From: Chloroflexota bacterium
GTDB taxonomy: Bacteria; Chloroflexota; Dehalococcoidia; SM23-28-2; RBG-16-64-32
Direction: 5' to 3'
Assembly (NCBI GenBank): GCA_005882715.1
Contig: VBEI01000002.1
Span: forward strand, 1-53,292
Length of the DNA: 53,292 nt
This document shows, piece after piece, positions 1 to 8,699 of this stretch. Position 1 is the first letter of the stretch. Every line of letters starts with the position of its first letter. Under the pieces are notes generated by a model. That model saw nothing but the letters and a program-made list of their open reading frames with translations. It did not search any database and had not been told where the DNA came from. The translations under genes were made by a program, and so were the position numbers.

Positions 1-1
1 G

Positions 2-578
2 ATCGTCAGTTGCGACTTGCTTGGGGTGCACGCATCGATCACGAGCGAGGTGCGGCGCCTCGCGGAGAAACGCTCGGGAATCGCTCCTGACAATCTTCTG
101 GTTTGCGCCACCCATAACCACGCCGGCCCGGCGGGACTGCGTGGCGGGATGTTCTCGCGATTGAACGAGGCTCTGGCGGCAACGCTGGTGCAGCACATCA
201 TCGGGGCGCTGGACGAGGCGTCGAGTAACATGCGTCCGGCGAAGCTCAAGCTGGCGCAGACCGTAATAGACACGATCAGCCAGAACCGGCGCGATCCGGC
301 TGGGCCGATCGATCCGGTGCTTCGCGTGCTGCTCGTCGACGGCGATGAGGGGCCGATCGCTTCGGTGTTGAGCTTCGCCTGCCACGCCACCGTGCTCAGC
401 GGCGCGAACCTGATGCTATCGGCGGAGTTCCCCGGGGTGGCCTGCCGCCTGCTGCAAGAGCAGACCGGCGCGCCGGCGCTCTGCCTGCAGGGCGCCTGCG
501 GCAACGTGAACCCCGTTTGGGTCAAGCAGGACTTCGAGGCCGTCGAGCGCGCGGGCCAGATCTTAGGCGGCGCTCCGG
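2..578 (+). CDS. Neutral/alkaline ceramidase-family hydrolase, N-terminal portion. The 5' end lies outside the window and the frame breaks near 567-580.
   Basis: Frame-2 translation IVSCDLLGVHASITSEV..LLVCATHNHAGPAG..SFACHATVLSG resembles neutral ceramidases. The protein-like signal leaves this frame after AGQILGGA and continues in frame 0. Confidence 0.6.
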
Positions 579-1241
579 TTGATAGGGGAGCTGCGGGCCG
601 TTGGGCCGGGCCAGCGGGCGCACAACATTCGCTGGGACGAGTTCACGGAGAAGCCGGTAGCGGGGCGCATCATCGAGGCGCGCCTGCAGGCGGCGCGCCG
701 TGAAGTAGAGTTGCCGCTGCGCGAGTTCTTCTCGGATGAGGAATATGCGTCGCGTATCGAGGAGCTGAGCGCGAAGGTGGGTTCGCTAGCGGAAGGATCT
801 TCGGAACGAAGGGCCGTGATTGCCCAGCTTACGCGCTACCAGAACGAGCGCCGGGCCGCGGCTTGGGCGCGGCGCCAGCCGGAGAGGACGGCGCAGCAGA
901 CGGAATTACAGGCGCTGTCGCTCGGTGATGGGCTGGCGTTGCTGGCGCTGCCGGGCGAGTTCTTCGTCGAGACGGGGGATTCGATCAGAGTGCGATTCGG
1001 CGTCGAGGACCTTCTGATCGCCTGCTACGCGAACGATTACGTCGGGTACGTGGTCCCACCTGCGGCGTACGACGAAGGCGGATACGAGGCGGGGATCACG
1101 TTTTGTCCTGCTGAGGCGGAGGGCATGATTGTCGACGCGTCGCTCAGCCTTCTTCGAGAGGTCACGAATGGACTGAGGATCCGCGACGCCTATGGGCGTC
1201 CGGTTTCCCCGACCAGTTCAGATCCGCCTCCAGGCGGTTAA
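579..1241 (+). CDS. Neutral/alkaline ceramidase-family hydrolase, C-terminal portion (frame 0, continues the previous feature)
   Basis: LIGELRAVG..LALLALPGEFFVETG..CYANDYVGYVVPPAAYDEGGYEAG is typical of a ceramidase C-terminal half. Frame 0 opens just after a TAG at 564-566. Confidence 0.6.
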   Translation: MIGELRAVGPGQRAHNIRWDEFTEKPVAGRIIEARLQAARREVELPLREFFSDEEYASRIEELSAKVGSLAEGSSERRAVIAQLTRYQNERRAAAWARRQPERTAQQTELQALSLGDGLALLALPGEFFVETGDSIRVRFGVEDLLIACYANDYVGYVVPPAAYDEGGYEAGITFCPAEAEGMIVDASLSLLREVTNGLRIRDAYGRPVSPTSSDPPPGG

Positions 1242-1250
1242 CGAAGCCAC

Positions 1251-1532
1251 TCATACGGTCTTCGGGGTGCCCCGTCGGGTAGCTAGAAAAAACCAGGCCC
1301 CTTCTAGTAACAACGAAAAGCCCCCGGCAGAATCAAATACAGCTCCCACAAGCCCACTTGGGTCAGCAGTCAGGCCTATAATGGAGGATGTGCAGGCAAT
1401 TGTCGCTAGGACGGCTGCCGCCAATAACCAGCGTCTCACGGTCCGCGTAGAGGGCCGTCGCGCGCGGTATCCGACGTAACCACCGATCCACATTGCCGGC
1501 GCAAGCACCAGCGTCAACAAATCAAATAGCAT
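1251..1532 (-). CDS. Hypothetical small membrane protein (about 93 aa, 3 hydrophobic segments)
   Basis: ATG at 1532 inside the 1251..1820 ORF. MLFDLLTLVLAPAMWIGGYVGY..WLLAAAVLATIACTSSIIGL..GGFSLLLEGAWFFLA. The upstream part of the ORF is Arg/Pro-rich and not protein-like. Confidence 0.3.
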   Translation of the reverse strand: MLFDLLTLVLAPAMWIGGYVGYRARRPSTRTVRRWLLAAAVLATIACTSSIIGLTADPSGLVGAVFDSAGGFSLLLEGAWFFLATRRGTPKTV

Positions 1533-1721
1533 GCCTTCAAGCTTCCCACGCTGCCTGCGCGGATCACTTTTCCCAGGCGCGGCCTGAGCTGCACCGGCGG
1601 GGCGCGTCGCGCAGTTGTCGGTTGCCCGTCGCCACTGAACCGGCAGATGCGCGCGTAAGGGCCTCCTCTGATTTCTACGATACCTCAGACAAGCGGAGAG
1701 CGCGTTCGATGACGGCACAGC

Positions 1722-1837
1722 GTGAGACCACACCGCGTACGAGGAAGGAGGATACGAGGCGGGATCACATTCTGCACGCCGCCCGCCGAAGGTATAATCG
1801 TGGACGCATCTCTGGAGCATCTTCGAGCCGTTACTGA
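1722..1837 (+). pseudogene. Remnant of the 3' end of a second, diverged ceramidase-family gene
   Basis: Aligns to 1058-1170 of the upstream gene (..YEEGGYEAG-ITFCTPPAEGIIVDASLEHLRAVTDGN*). It has a 1-nt deletion (ggg vs gggg). Most differences fall at third codon positions. Its stop overlaps the ATG at 1837. Confidence 0.6.
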
Positions 1838-2904
1838 TGGCAACTGAAGGAACCTTCGTCCTCGCGGATATCGGCGGCTATACCGGGTTTCTGACCGGCG
1901 TCGGCATCGAGCACGGTAAGGAGATCACGAGCCATCTCCTGAATTCGCTGCTCAAGCGCAACCGGGGCCGCTGGAAGCTGGCGAATATCGAGGGGGACTG
2001 CTTGTTCCTGTACCGCGAAGGCCGCGAGCCAGCCGAGGAGCTCCTGGGCCACGTGCGGACGCTGTACGAAGACTTCTGCGACCGCACGCTCGACATTGCG
2101 GAGCGCGCTTCGTGTCCGTGCGGCGCCTGCTCGCGAACGAGCGAGCTATCGCTGAAGTTCATCGTGCACGCGGGGCAATTTGACACGCAGAAGATCGGGG
2201 ACCGCGTGGAGCTGATCGGGCCCGATGTCGTAGTGATTCACCGGCTGCTCAAGAACAGCGTGGCGCAGAATGAGTACGCGTTGCTCACCGAGAGCTATAC
2301 GCTCGGCGTCACGCCGGACGGCCTGCCCGCAGCGAAGGGCGGGGACGAGGCCCAAGGGGTCGGGCAGGTGTCGTGGGTGGCGCTCGACCTGGCGCCACTG
2401 CGAGCGGACCTCGAGTCTCGGCGGCAGGTGTTCATAGACGAAGGGAGCGCAAAGCTGGCTATCACGACGGAGATCGACGCTACACCAGACGCCGTCTTCG
2501 ACGCAATCATGGACACTGAAAAGCGGGCGCAGTGGCAGCGCTCGATCAAGAGCATCAAGGTGATGGAGGGGAAGCGCGGCGAGATCGGTGAGGTGCATCG
2601 CTGCATCCACAACAACGGCGCGAAGATGATCCACGTCAACGTTGGCATCGACCGCGAGAACCGGCGGCGCACCGAGAAGATCTGGGCCAGCCGCCTGCTG
2701 AGGGACGTCTACGTCACGACTGAAGTGCGGCCTCTGCCGAACGGACGCACGCAGGCGGGATTCCTCGCGACGTACAAGCCGGCGATACCGGTCGTCTCGC
2801 ACGTCGCTGTGCCGGTGTTCAAGATGGTGATGAAGCGGCAGGTGGGGAACGACATGGCCGGGCTGAAGGAGTTCTGCGAGGTGAGGGCTGCGGTTGGCAG
2901 CTAA
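1837..2904 (+). CDS. DUF2652-like (nucleotidyl-cyclase-fold) domain fused to a C-terminal SRPBCC/START-like domain
   Basis: N-terminus FVLADIGGYTGFL..LANIEGDCLFLY..CPCGAC..KFIVHAGQF. C-terminal about 150 aa has a polyketide-cyclase/SRPBCC-like pattern. Confidence 0.6.
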   Translation: MATEGTFVLADIGGYTGFLTGVGIEHGKEITSHLLNSLLKRNRGRWKLANIEGDCLFLYREGREPAEELLGHVRTLYEDFCDRTLDIAERASCPCGACSRTSELSLKFIVHAGQFDTQKIGDRVELIGPDVVVIHRLLKNSVAQNEYALLTESYTLGVTPDGLPAAKGGDEAQGVGQVSWVALDLAPLRADLESRRQVFIDEGSAKLAITTEIDATPDAVFDAIMDTEKRAQWQRSIKSIKVMEGKRGEIGEVHRCIHNNGAKMIHVNVGIDRENRRRTEKIWASRLLRDVYVTTEVRPLPNGRTQAGFLATYKPAIPVVSHVAVPVFKMVMKRQVGNDMAGLKEFCEVRAAVGS

Positions 2905-3745
2905 AACCGTTCTCGTCATCGTCGCGCATGCGGACGACATGGAGTTTATGGCGGGCGGGACGATCGCGAAGATGGCGGAGCTCGGTTACTCGATTCGCGA
3001 GGTGATAGCGACCAACAATGAGCGAGGGACCCTTCGAGTAGCCTCAGGACAGGCGCTGGAGCCGGACTGGAGCGCGGCGTTCACGGCGGACGCCAGGCGG
3101 GAAGAGGCGCGGCGTGGAGCGAAGGTGCTGGGCGTCGATCCGGAGATCCAGTTCCTCGGCTACGAGGACGGGCGACTTAGCGAGACGACGCTTAACGAGC
3201 TGCGGGAGCAGTGCATGAGGGCGATACGATGGCATAAGCCGGACGTGCTCTTCACGTGGGACCCGCACGCGCCGTACGAGGACCACCAGGACCACCGGGC
3301 GGTAGCCTGGGCAGCGACCGAGGCAGCGATGTTCGCGCACTTCCCGCTCTACCACCCGGAGCACGGCGACGAGGGCCTCGAGCCGCACTATGTTGGCGAG
3401 CGCTACTTCTTCGCGAAGTCGCCCCGCGACGCCGATAAGACTGTCGATATCAGCGATTACATCGAGCGCAAGATCGAGGCACTGTGCGAGCACGTCTGTC
3501 AGATGGAGATGACGGTGGCGGATCTGCAGGTGCAGCTCGCGGCTTCGGGACTGGACATCCCTCTCCTGAGCGAGGCGAGCCCGAAGGAGTTCCGGCCGGT
3601 GATCGAGACGCAGATCAAGGCGTGGGCGGCGTCCGTGGGGCGGCGCGCGGGGTTCGCCTACGGCGAGGAGTTCCGGCGGGTGCGGTTCAGCGGCATCGAG
3701 CGCTGGGCGCGGGGATCCGAGGCCGCTCTTCGCGACGAGCTTTAG
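2894..3745 (+). CDS. PIG-L/LmbE-family N-acetylglucosaminyl deacetylase
   Basis: VLVIVAHADDMEFMAGGTIAK and HQDHRAV motifs. TTG start overlaps the upstream gene by 11 nt. Confidence 0.8.
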   Translation: MAAKTVLVIVAHADDMEFMAGGTIAKMAELGYSIREVIATNNERGTLRVASGQALEPDWSAAFTADARREEARRGAKVLGVDPEIQFLGYEDGRLSETTLNELREQCMRAIRWHKPDVLFTWDPHAPYEDHQDHRAVAWAATEAAMFAHFPLYHPEHGDEGLEPHYVGERYFFAKSPRDADKTVDISDYIERKIEALCEHVCQMEMTVADLQVQLAASGLDIPLLSEASPKEFRPVIETQIKAWAASVGRRAGFAYGEEFRRVRFSGIERWARGSEAALRDEL

Positions 3746-3754
3746 GCGGGTAAT

Positions 3755-4093
3755 TCAGGACCGGCTGTGCTGAGCGACGCTCGTGACCGGTTCAGCGCCG
3801 GCATCCAGCAGGTAGCCAATGCCCTGTACGGTCTTGATCAGCGCCGGGCCGGAGGACGCCGGTTCCAGCTTGGAACGCAGGCGGGACATCCAGACTCGCA
3901 AGTAGGGCAGCTCGCCTCGGTACGACGCACCCCAAACATTCGTCAGCATCTGTTCGGAGGAGACTGCACGGCCGGGCTTGGCGGCAAGTTCGCGCAGCAA
4001 GAGGCGTTCCTTGCGCGTCAGAGGCAGTCTTTCACCCTGACGGCTGGCCTCGCCACTCTTTGTGTCGATCTGAAGCCCGTTAACGCGAAGCAA
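3755..4093 (-). CDS. Stand-alone OmpR/PhoB-type winged-helix DNA-binding protein (no receiver domain)
   Basis: LPLTRKERLLLRELAAKPGRAVSSEQMLTNVWG..YLRVWMSRLRSKLE..IKTVQGIGYLL. Proposed TTG start at 4093 lies 2 nt after the upstream stop, with GAGG upstream. The longer ORF to 4174 overlaps the upstream gene. Confidence 0.75.
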   Translation of the reverse strand: MLRVNGLQIDTKSGEASRQGERLPLTRKERLLLRELAAKPGRAVSSEQMLTNVWGASYRGELPYLRVWMSRLRSKLEPASSGPALIKTVQGIGYLLDAGAEPVTSVAQHSRS

Positions 4094-4095
4094 GG

Positions 4096-4680
4096 TTATA
4101 CCGCCTCGTCCGCGGGCTTCTTCCCGTAGAACAAGGCGCGCGCCATGTTGATGATGAGGAGCGGCTCGCGCCACACCTGGGCTCTGCCCTTGTCCGCGGT
4201 CACCGTTACATCCGTGAACGGCACGAAGTGATGGTCTGCAACGATAGGCACCATTTTAGGGTCCGCATCGGGCATCAGGTGCAGATGGCCTGTGGCCTCG
4301 TAACCGGGCAGCACGACTGTTGAAGGCACGCGCTTCTTCCGCACAATCTCGAACGGATCTGGTTTGTGCAGCTCTCCTCGGGGAATCGCGAACAGGATGC
4401 CGCTGCGGTCCAGCTGGATGACATCGAACTTGTGGGTCTCAGCTTCCGGGTTCAGCGGATCGTCGAGCGTGCCGGAGTTCATTATGAAATAGGTCATGTC
4501 ATTTGAGTTCAGAATGTCGACTAAGCGGCGCGGCACACCGGGCGCGAAAAGCTCGCCGTTCACTCGGAAGCTGTCCATTACAATCTCGACAATGACGCCG
4601 GTTGCCGTTGGCGCCTCAGGCTCGCGCGGCGCCTCGAGATTAGGTTGGGCATCGACGGGCTGCTCGGTGTCTATTTCCAC
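4096..4680 (-). CDS. Hypothetical protein with two tandem modules of about 70 aa; no recognised family
   Basis: 194-aa ORF packed between the HD-GYP gene (stop 4682) and the wHTH gene (start 4093). By eye it has an acidic/Pro N-terminal tail followed by two similar hydrophobic-pattern modules. Confidence 0.7.
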   Translation of the reverse strand: MEIDTEQPVDAQPNLEAPREPEAPTATGVIVEIVMDSFRVNGELFAPGVPRRLVDILNSNDMTYFIMNSGTLDDPLNPEAETHKFDVIQLDRSGILFAIPRGELHKPDPFEIVRKKRVPSTVVLPGYEATGHLHLMPDADPKMVPIVADHHFVPFTDVTVTADKGRAQVWREPLLIINMARALFYGKKPADEAV

Positions 4681-4681
4681 A

Positions 4682-5518
4682 TCACACCTCGGAGGCTACC
4701 CGCGATTCCCTATCGTCGAGCCTTCCCCCGTTTTCGCGGCCTTCGCCGAAGAGGCCTCGCCTCTCCGCCTCGGCCAGCGCCCGCACGACGGCCGGATCGA
4801 ACTGAGTCCCCGCGTGGCGCAGGATCTCTTGCATGGCGTCCTCGTGCGTGCGCGTCTTGCGGTACGGCCGCTTCGACGTCATCGCGACGTAGGCGTCTAG
4901 CACGGACAGGATACGAGCCGCGATTGGTATCTTCTCGCCCGATACGCCGCGGGGATAGCCTTGACCGTCATACCGCTCGTGGTGACAGCGTACTACTTCC
5001 GCCAGCTCGCGAAAGAAGGTGACCTCGCTGAGCATGCGGTAGCCGATCTCGGGATGCCGCTTCATTTCTTCCCAGTCTTGCTCCGTGAAGTCCTCTTCCT
5101 TCAGCAGCACCGACTCAGCGACTCCCCTCTTCCCAACGTCCCGCAACGCTGCCGCCTGGTCCACGACGGCGGCCTGCTCAGTCGGGATCCTCATCTGCCG
5201 CACTAGAATCGAGGCCAGACGCGAAAGCCTCTCCAGCTCACGGTCTCTCACCGTGTCGCGCATGCCAAGCGCTCCGCATAGCCGCTCGATAATAGCGTTC
5301 GTGTTAGCGCGCGACGCTTCAAGTTCGGCCTTGACCGAGGTCGCCTCTTTGCGATTGTTGCCCACGATCCGCCAAACGGACAGCCACATGATCAGGACCA
5401 GGACTACGATCGCCGTCGTCGCGCTCGCAACCATGGCAACTAACGATAAGGCCAGAGCCGTCGCCAGCGAAGCGCCGCTGAGGATCAGTATTCGGCGTAG
5501 TGTTGCGTTCTTAGACAT
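4682..5518 (-). CDS. Membrane-anchored HD-GYP-domain protein with degenerate metal-binding residues (RD-GYP)
   Basis: HHERYDGQGYPRG present. The HD dyad position reads ALRDVGK (R126-D127). N-terminal hydrophobic segments. GGAGGGGAG RBS before the ATG at 5518. Confidence 0.85.
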   Translation of the reverse strand: MSKNATLRRILILSGASLATALALSLVAMVASATTAIVVLVLIMWLSVWRIVGNNRKEATSVKAELEASRANTNAIIERLCGALGMRDTVRDRELERLSRLASILVRQMRIPTEQAAVVDQAAALRDVGKRGVAESVLLKEEDFTEQDWEEMKRHPEIGYRMLSEVTFFRELAEVVRCHHERYDGQGYPRGVSGEKIPIAARILSVLDAYVAMTSKRPYRKTRTHEDAMQEILRHAGTQFDPAVVRALAEAERRGLFGEGRENGGRLDDRESRVASEV

Positions 5519-5533
5519 TCTCCCCTCCGGTGC

Positions 5534-6415
5534 CTAATTTCCCAGAACGTAATCGTCGATCAACGCGCCCGTATCGTCCGGTTCCTGCTTTAGCTCGGGT
5601 CCGTTCGGAAGACGACGCGACATCTTGTTGGCGTACATATCGGCATCCGCCCAGTGCAACATCTCGTCCAGGCTATCGCCGCCCCAGGGATAGCCAGCTA
5701 CGCCGATCGAAACTGTTACCATCAGTTCCGTTTTGCTGTCCTGGTACATCGGGCTCCGTTCCATCTCTTCCCACAGGCGTCGCGCCAGCGCAAAAGCGCC
5801 CCGCTTGTCCGTTCCCGGCATTACTACGCCGAACTCGTCGCCGCCCAGCCGTGCCGCCACATCCGTCCCCCGGATGTGCTTCGATATGATCGCGGCGAGG
5901 TTCGTGATGACGATGTCTCCTACGCCATGACCAAACTCGTCGTTGATACCTTTGAGGCCGTCGAGGTCCATCAGAAGAATCGCCAGGGTGTCGCGCCGCT
6001 GCTGCGCGCGCGTCAACTCTTCCTCCGCCACTTCGTAGAAATGACGGCGGTTATTGAGGCCGGTCATCTCGTCACGAGACGCCATCTCCTTCAGCTCGGA
6101 CACTCGCATCAGCAGTTGGCCCTGATGGCGCCGCAGGAGCAAAACCTGCATCTTGAAGAGGACGAGGCTGGAAAACAGCCCGTATGCTAGCGGAACTCCG
6201 CCGAGCGCCAAATACACTGGATACTGCCAACCGTTAGTTGCAGACATCAGCAGCGGGAATAGGATTGCCGCCGTGACAATCGTGACTGCGACGCCTCCGA
6301 CCCATGCGACGCGACGGATCATCGACTCTTCGCGGGTGAGTCTCTCCTCGTCAAGTATTGGCTTGTGTTGCGCCACTGAACCGTTCATACAGTCCCGTTC
6401 CTGGGTGCTGCCCAC
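5534..6415 (-). CDS. Membrane-anchored diguanylate cyclase (GGDEF domain with I-site)
   Basis: LLMDLDGLKGINDEFGHGVGD and RGTDVAARLGGDEFGV (RxxD five residues before GGDEF). N-terminal TM segments. Confidence 0.9.
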   Translation of the reverse strand: MGSTQERDCMNGSVAQHKPILDEERLTREESMIRRVAWVGGVAVTIVTAAILFPLLMSATNGWQYPVYLALGGVPLAYGLFSSLVLFKMQVLLLRRHQGQLLMRVSELKEMASRDEMTGLNNRRHFYEVAEEELTRAQQRRDTLAILLMDLDGLKGINDEFGHGVGDIVITNLAAIISKHIRGTDVAARLGGDEFGVVMPGTDKRGAFALARRLWEEMERSPMYQDSKTELMVTVSIGVAGYPWGGDSLDEMLHWADADMYANKMSRRLPNGPELKQEPDDTGALIDDYVLGN

Positions 6416-6497
6416 ATAGGCACCTGAAGTGCCTTCTTTCGCCCACTGAGTAAGACGCCGCCTCCAGTAGCGAGTTACATAAGTAGCGGGTGTGCGG

Positions 6498-7673
6498 CTA
6501 GTTGAAATGTTCGCCGCGCGTGTAGACCAGCCGCCCGGCCACCCAGGTCATGGCAACGTTCAGGTCGCTGTCCAGGGCAACGAGGTCGGCGTCATAGCCG
6601 GGCACGATGCGGCCTTTCCGCTCGGACAGACCAAGAACTCGTGCTGGAACTGTTGATGCCATACGGACCGCGTCGGTCAGGCCGGCAACGCCCCATTCGA
6701 CTACGTTGCGGACGATACGGTCCATCGTGGACGCCCCTCCGGCAATCGTTCCGTCCGGAAGCAATACCCTACCGGCAGTAAGGCGTGCCTTTTCACTCCC
6801 GAGCTGAAACACGCCTGAATCCAGGCCCGCCGGCGCGACGGCATCGCTTACCAGCGTAATACGGTCGGTTCCAACCGCGCGCCGTATACTCCTCACCGTG
6901 GCCGGGTGGAGGTGGACGCCGTCCGCGATGAGCTCCAGCGTAACGTTCGGCGAGTCGATGGCGGCGAGCACCGGGCCCGGATCGCGATGGTGAAAAGGAC
7001 GCATGCCGTTGAACGCGTGCGTGACGTGCGACGCGCCGCCCTCAAAGGCCCCGAGAGCCTCTTCGTATGTAGCGTCCGTGTGACCGATAGCGACTACGAT
7101 CCGGTCCTGATGTGCGATTTGTAACAGTCTTCCCGCATTAGGGATTTCGGGCGCCAGAGTCGTCAGCTTAATGGAGCCCTCGCTCGCGTTGGAGAGTGCA
7201 GCCAGCTCCACCGGATTGGGCGCTCGCACCCATGACTCCGGCAGCGCGCCCCGGCGCTGAGGGTTGACGAACGGACCCTCTAGGTTAATTCCGAGAATTT
7301 CGGCGGCGCCTTCGTGCCGCTGGTCCGACACGTATCCTGCTGCGCCTACGAACGCCAGCGCTTCGTCAAAGTCAGAGGCGAACACCGTTGCCAAAAAGCC
7401 AGTGACACCTCGTGAGATAACCCAACGAGCGTACGACTCGATTTCGGAAGAATCTTCCGTCGCCAGCGAGAAGCCGCCCCCGCCGTGAACGTGCAGGTCA
7501 ATGAAGCCCGGCGCCAACGTCAGCCCGCGTCCCTCGGTGATTTCGGCGCTCGGTGGCGGTTCCGCGTCGGAGCCCACAGCAGTGATGCGACCGGCGCCGT
7601 CGAAGACCACTGTCCCCGTTTCCATGCTCTCTTCGGGAGTTAGAATGCGGGCCCCGCGGATAACGCCGCTCAT
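6498..7673 (-). CDS. nagA: N-acetylglucosamine-6-phosphate deacetylase
   Basis: GFIDLHVHGGGGFS, GINLEGPF and HTDATYEE amidohydrolase motifs; 391 aa. Confidence 0.85.
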   Translation of the reverse strand: MSGVIRGARILTPEESMETGTVVFDGAGRITAVGSDAEPPPSAEITEGRGLTLAPGFIDLHVHGGGGFSLATEDSSEIESYARWVISRGVTGFLATVFASDFDEALAFVGAAGYVSDQRHEGAAEILGINLEGPFVNPQRRGALPESWVRAPNPVELAALSNASEGSIKLTTLAPEIPNAGRLLQIAHQDRIVVAIGHTDATYEEALGAFEGGASHVTHAFNGMRPFHHRDPGPVLAAIDSPNVTLELIADGVHLHPATVRSIRRAVGTDRITLVSDAVAPAGLDSGVFQLGSEKARLTAGRVLLPDGTIAGGASTMDRIVRNVVEWGVAGLTDAVRMASTVPARVLGLSERKGRIVPGYDADLVALDSDLNVAMTWVAGRLVYTRGEHFN

Positions 7674-7764
7674 CGGCAGCCAATCTTACTATGGGCGCTG
7701 TCGACCGCCGAATGTAACCACCGGGCGGGCACGAGCATCTTAACCACTTGGACGGATACTCCCT

Positions 7765-8643
7765 ATGTTGAACAAGCTCCTCGCACCCCTCGACGGCACC
7801 CCACTCGCAGAAGCAGGCCTCCTCTGGGCGGAGAAGGCGGCTCAGCGCTCCGGCGCCTCTGTGCACCTGCTTACGGTCGTCGATCCTTCGCTGAGCGATT
7901 TCGAGACTCACTACAAGCAGGCCGAGGCCTACCTGCAGTCCCGGCGCGACCAGCTGAAGAACAAAGGGCTGACCGTGAAGATGGAAGTTGCCGCGGGCGA
8001 GCCTGCCCAGACAATCCTCGAGCGAGCTGAGAACGTCGACCTAACTGTCGTCAGCTCTGGCACAGTGCGCTGGCTCATCAGTGCCGTCCTCGACCGCGTT
8101 CTGGAGAAGATGACGAGGCCGATCGTCGTCGTGCGCGCCTCAGCCATTCAGCCGGCCGTCCCCGAGCTTGACAGGATTCTCGTCGCGGTAGACCGCTCCG
8201 ATTACTCGGGAGACATACTGCCCGTCATCCAGGGCCTCGCGAAAGCATTCCAGGCTTCGGTCACCGTCTGCCACGCGGTTCCGCCGTTGACGGATAACTA
8301 CGGACGACAGACGCAGACGCACGCCACCAGTGCCGCGGCCTCGATACACGAGGCTAACCTCTTCGTCGCGCGTGCGGCCAAGAGGTTGCAGGACGAAGGA
8401 ATAGAGGTCGAGACCATCGTGGCCGTCGGCGATCCGCCCGGACAGATCGTGAATGCGGCCCAGAAAAGCCGCGCCGGGCTCATAGCTCTTACAACCCGCG
8501 GCCGCGACCACCTCGATAGCCGCCTCGTCGGCAGCACGGCCAATGCCGTTCTCCATTCGACGCGACTGCCCTGCCTCCTCACACGCCGCGCTCCTCTCAG
8601 CGCCGGTTTCGGGGGCGCGCGCTCCCGCATCACTTCACGCTGA
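7765..8643 (+). CDS. Tandem universal stress protein (2 x UspA domain)
   Basis: Two repeats of the Usp pattern (LLAPLDGT.., ILVAVDRSDYS.., LIALTTRGR..VGSTANAVL). Confidence 0.75.
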   Translation: MLNKLLAPLDGTPLAEAGLLWAEKAAQRSGASVHLLTVVDPSLSDFETHYKQAEAYLQSRRDQLKNKGLTVKMEVAAGEPAQTILERAENVDLTVVSSGTVRWLISAVLDRVLEKMTRPIVVVRASAIQPAVPELDRILVAVDRSDYSGDILPVIQGLAKAFQASVTVCHAVPPLTDNYGRQTQTHATSAAASIHEANLFVARAAKRLQDEGIEVETIVAVGDPPGQIVNAAQKSRAGLIALTTRGRDHLDSRLVGSTANAVLHSTRLPCLLTRRAPLSAGFGGARSRITSR

Positions 8644-8699
8644 TCACGACCCGGCTTTCCTCGAGGCGCTGTGCTATTCTGACGGCGACCGGCCCGGAG

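Noticed and set aside
4096-4680. PilZ domain assignment for the unknown c-di-GMP-operon protein.
   Set aside because: The canonical RxxxR and D/NxSxxG motifs are not present in a convincing register, so it is left unassigned.
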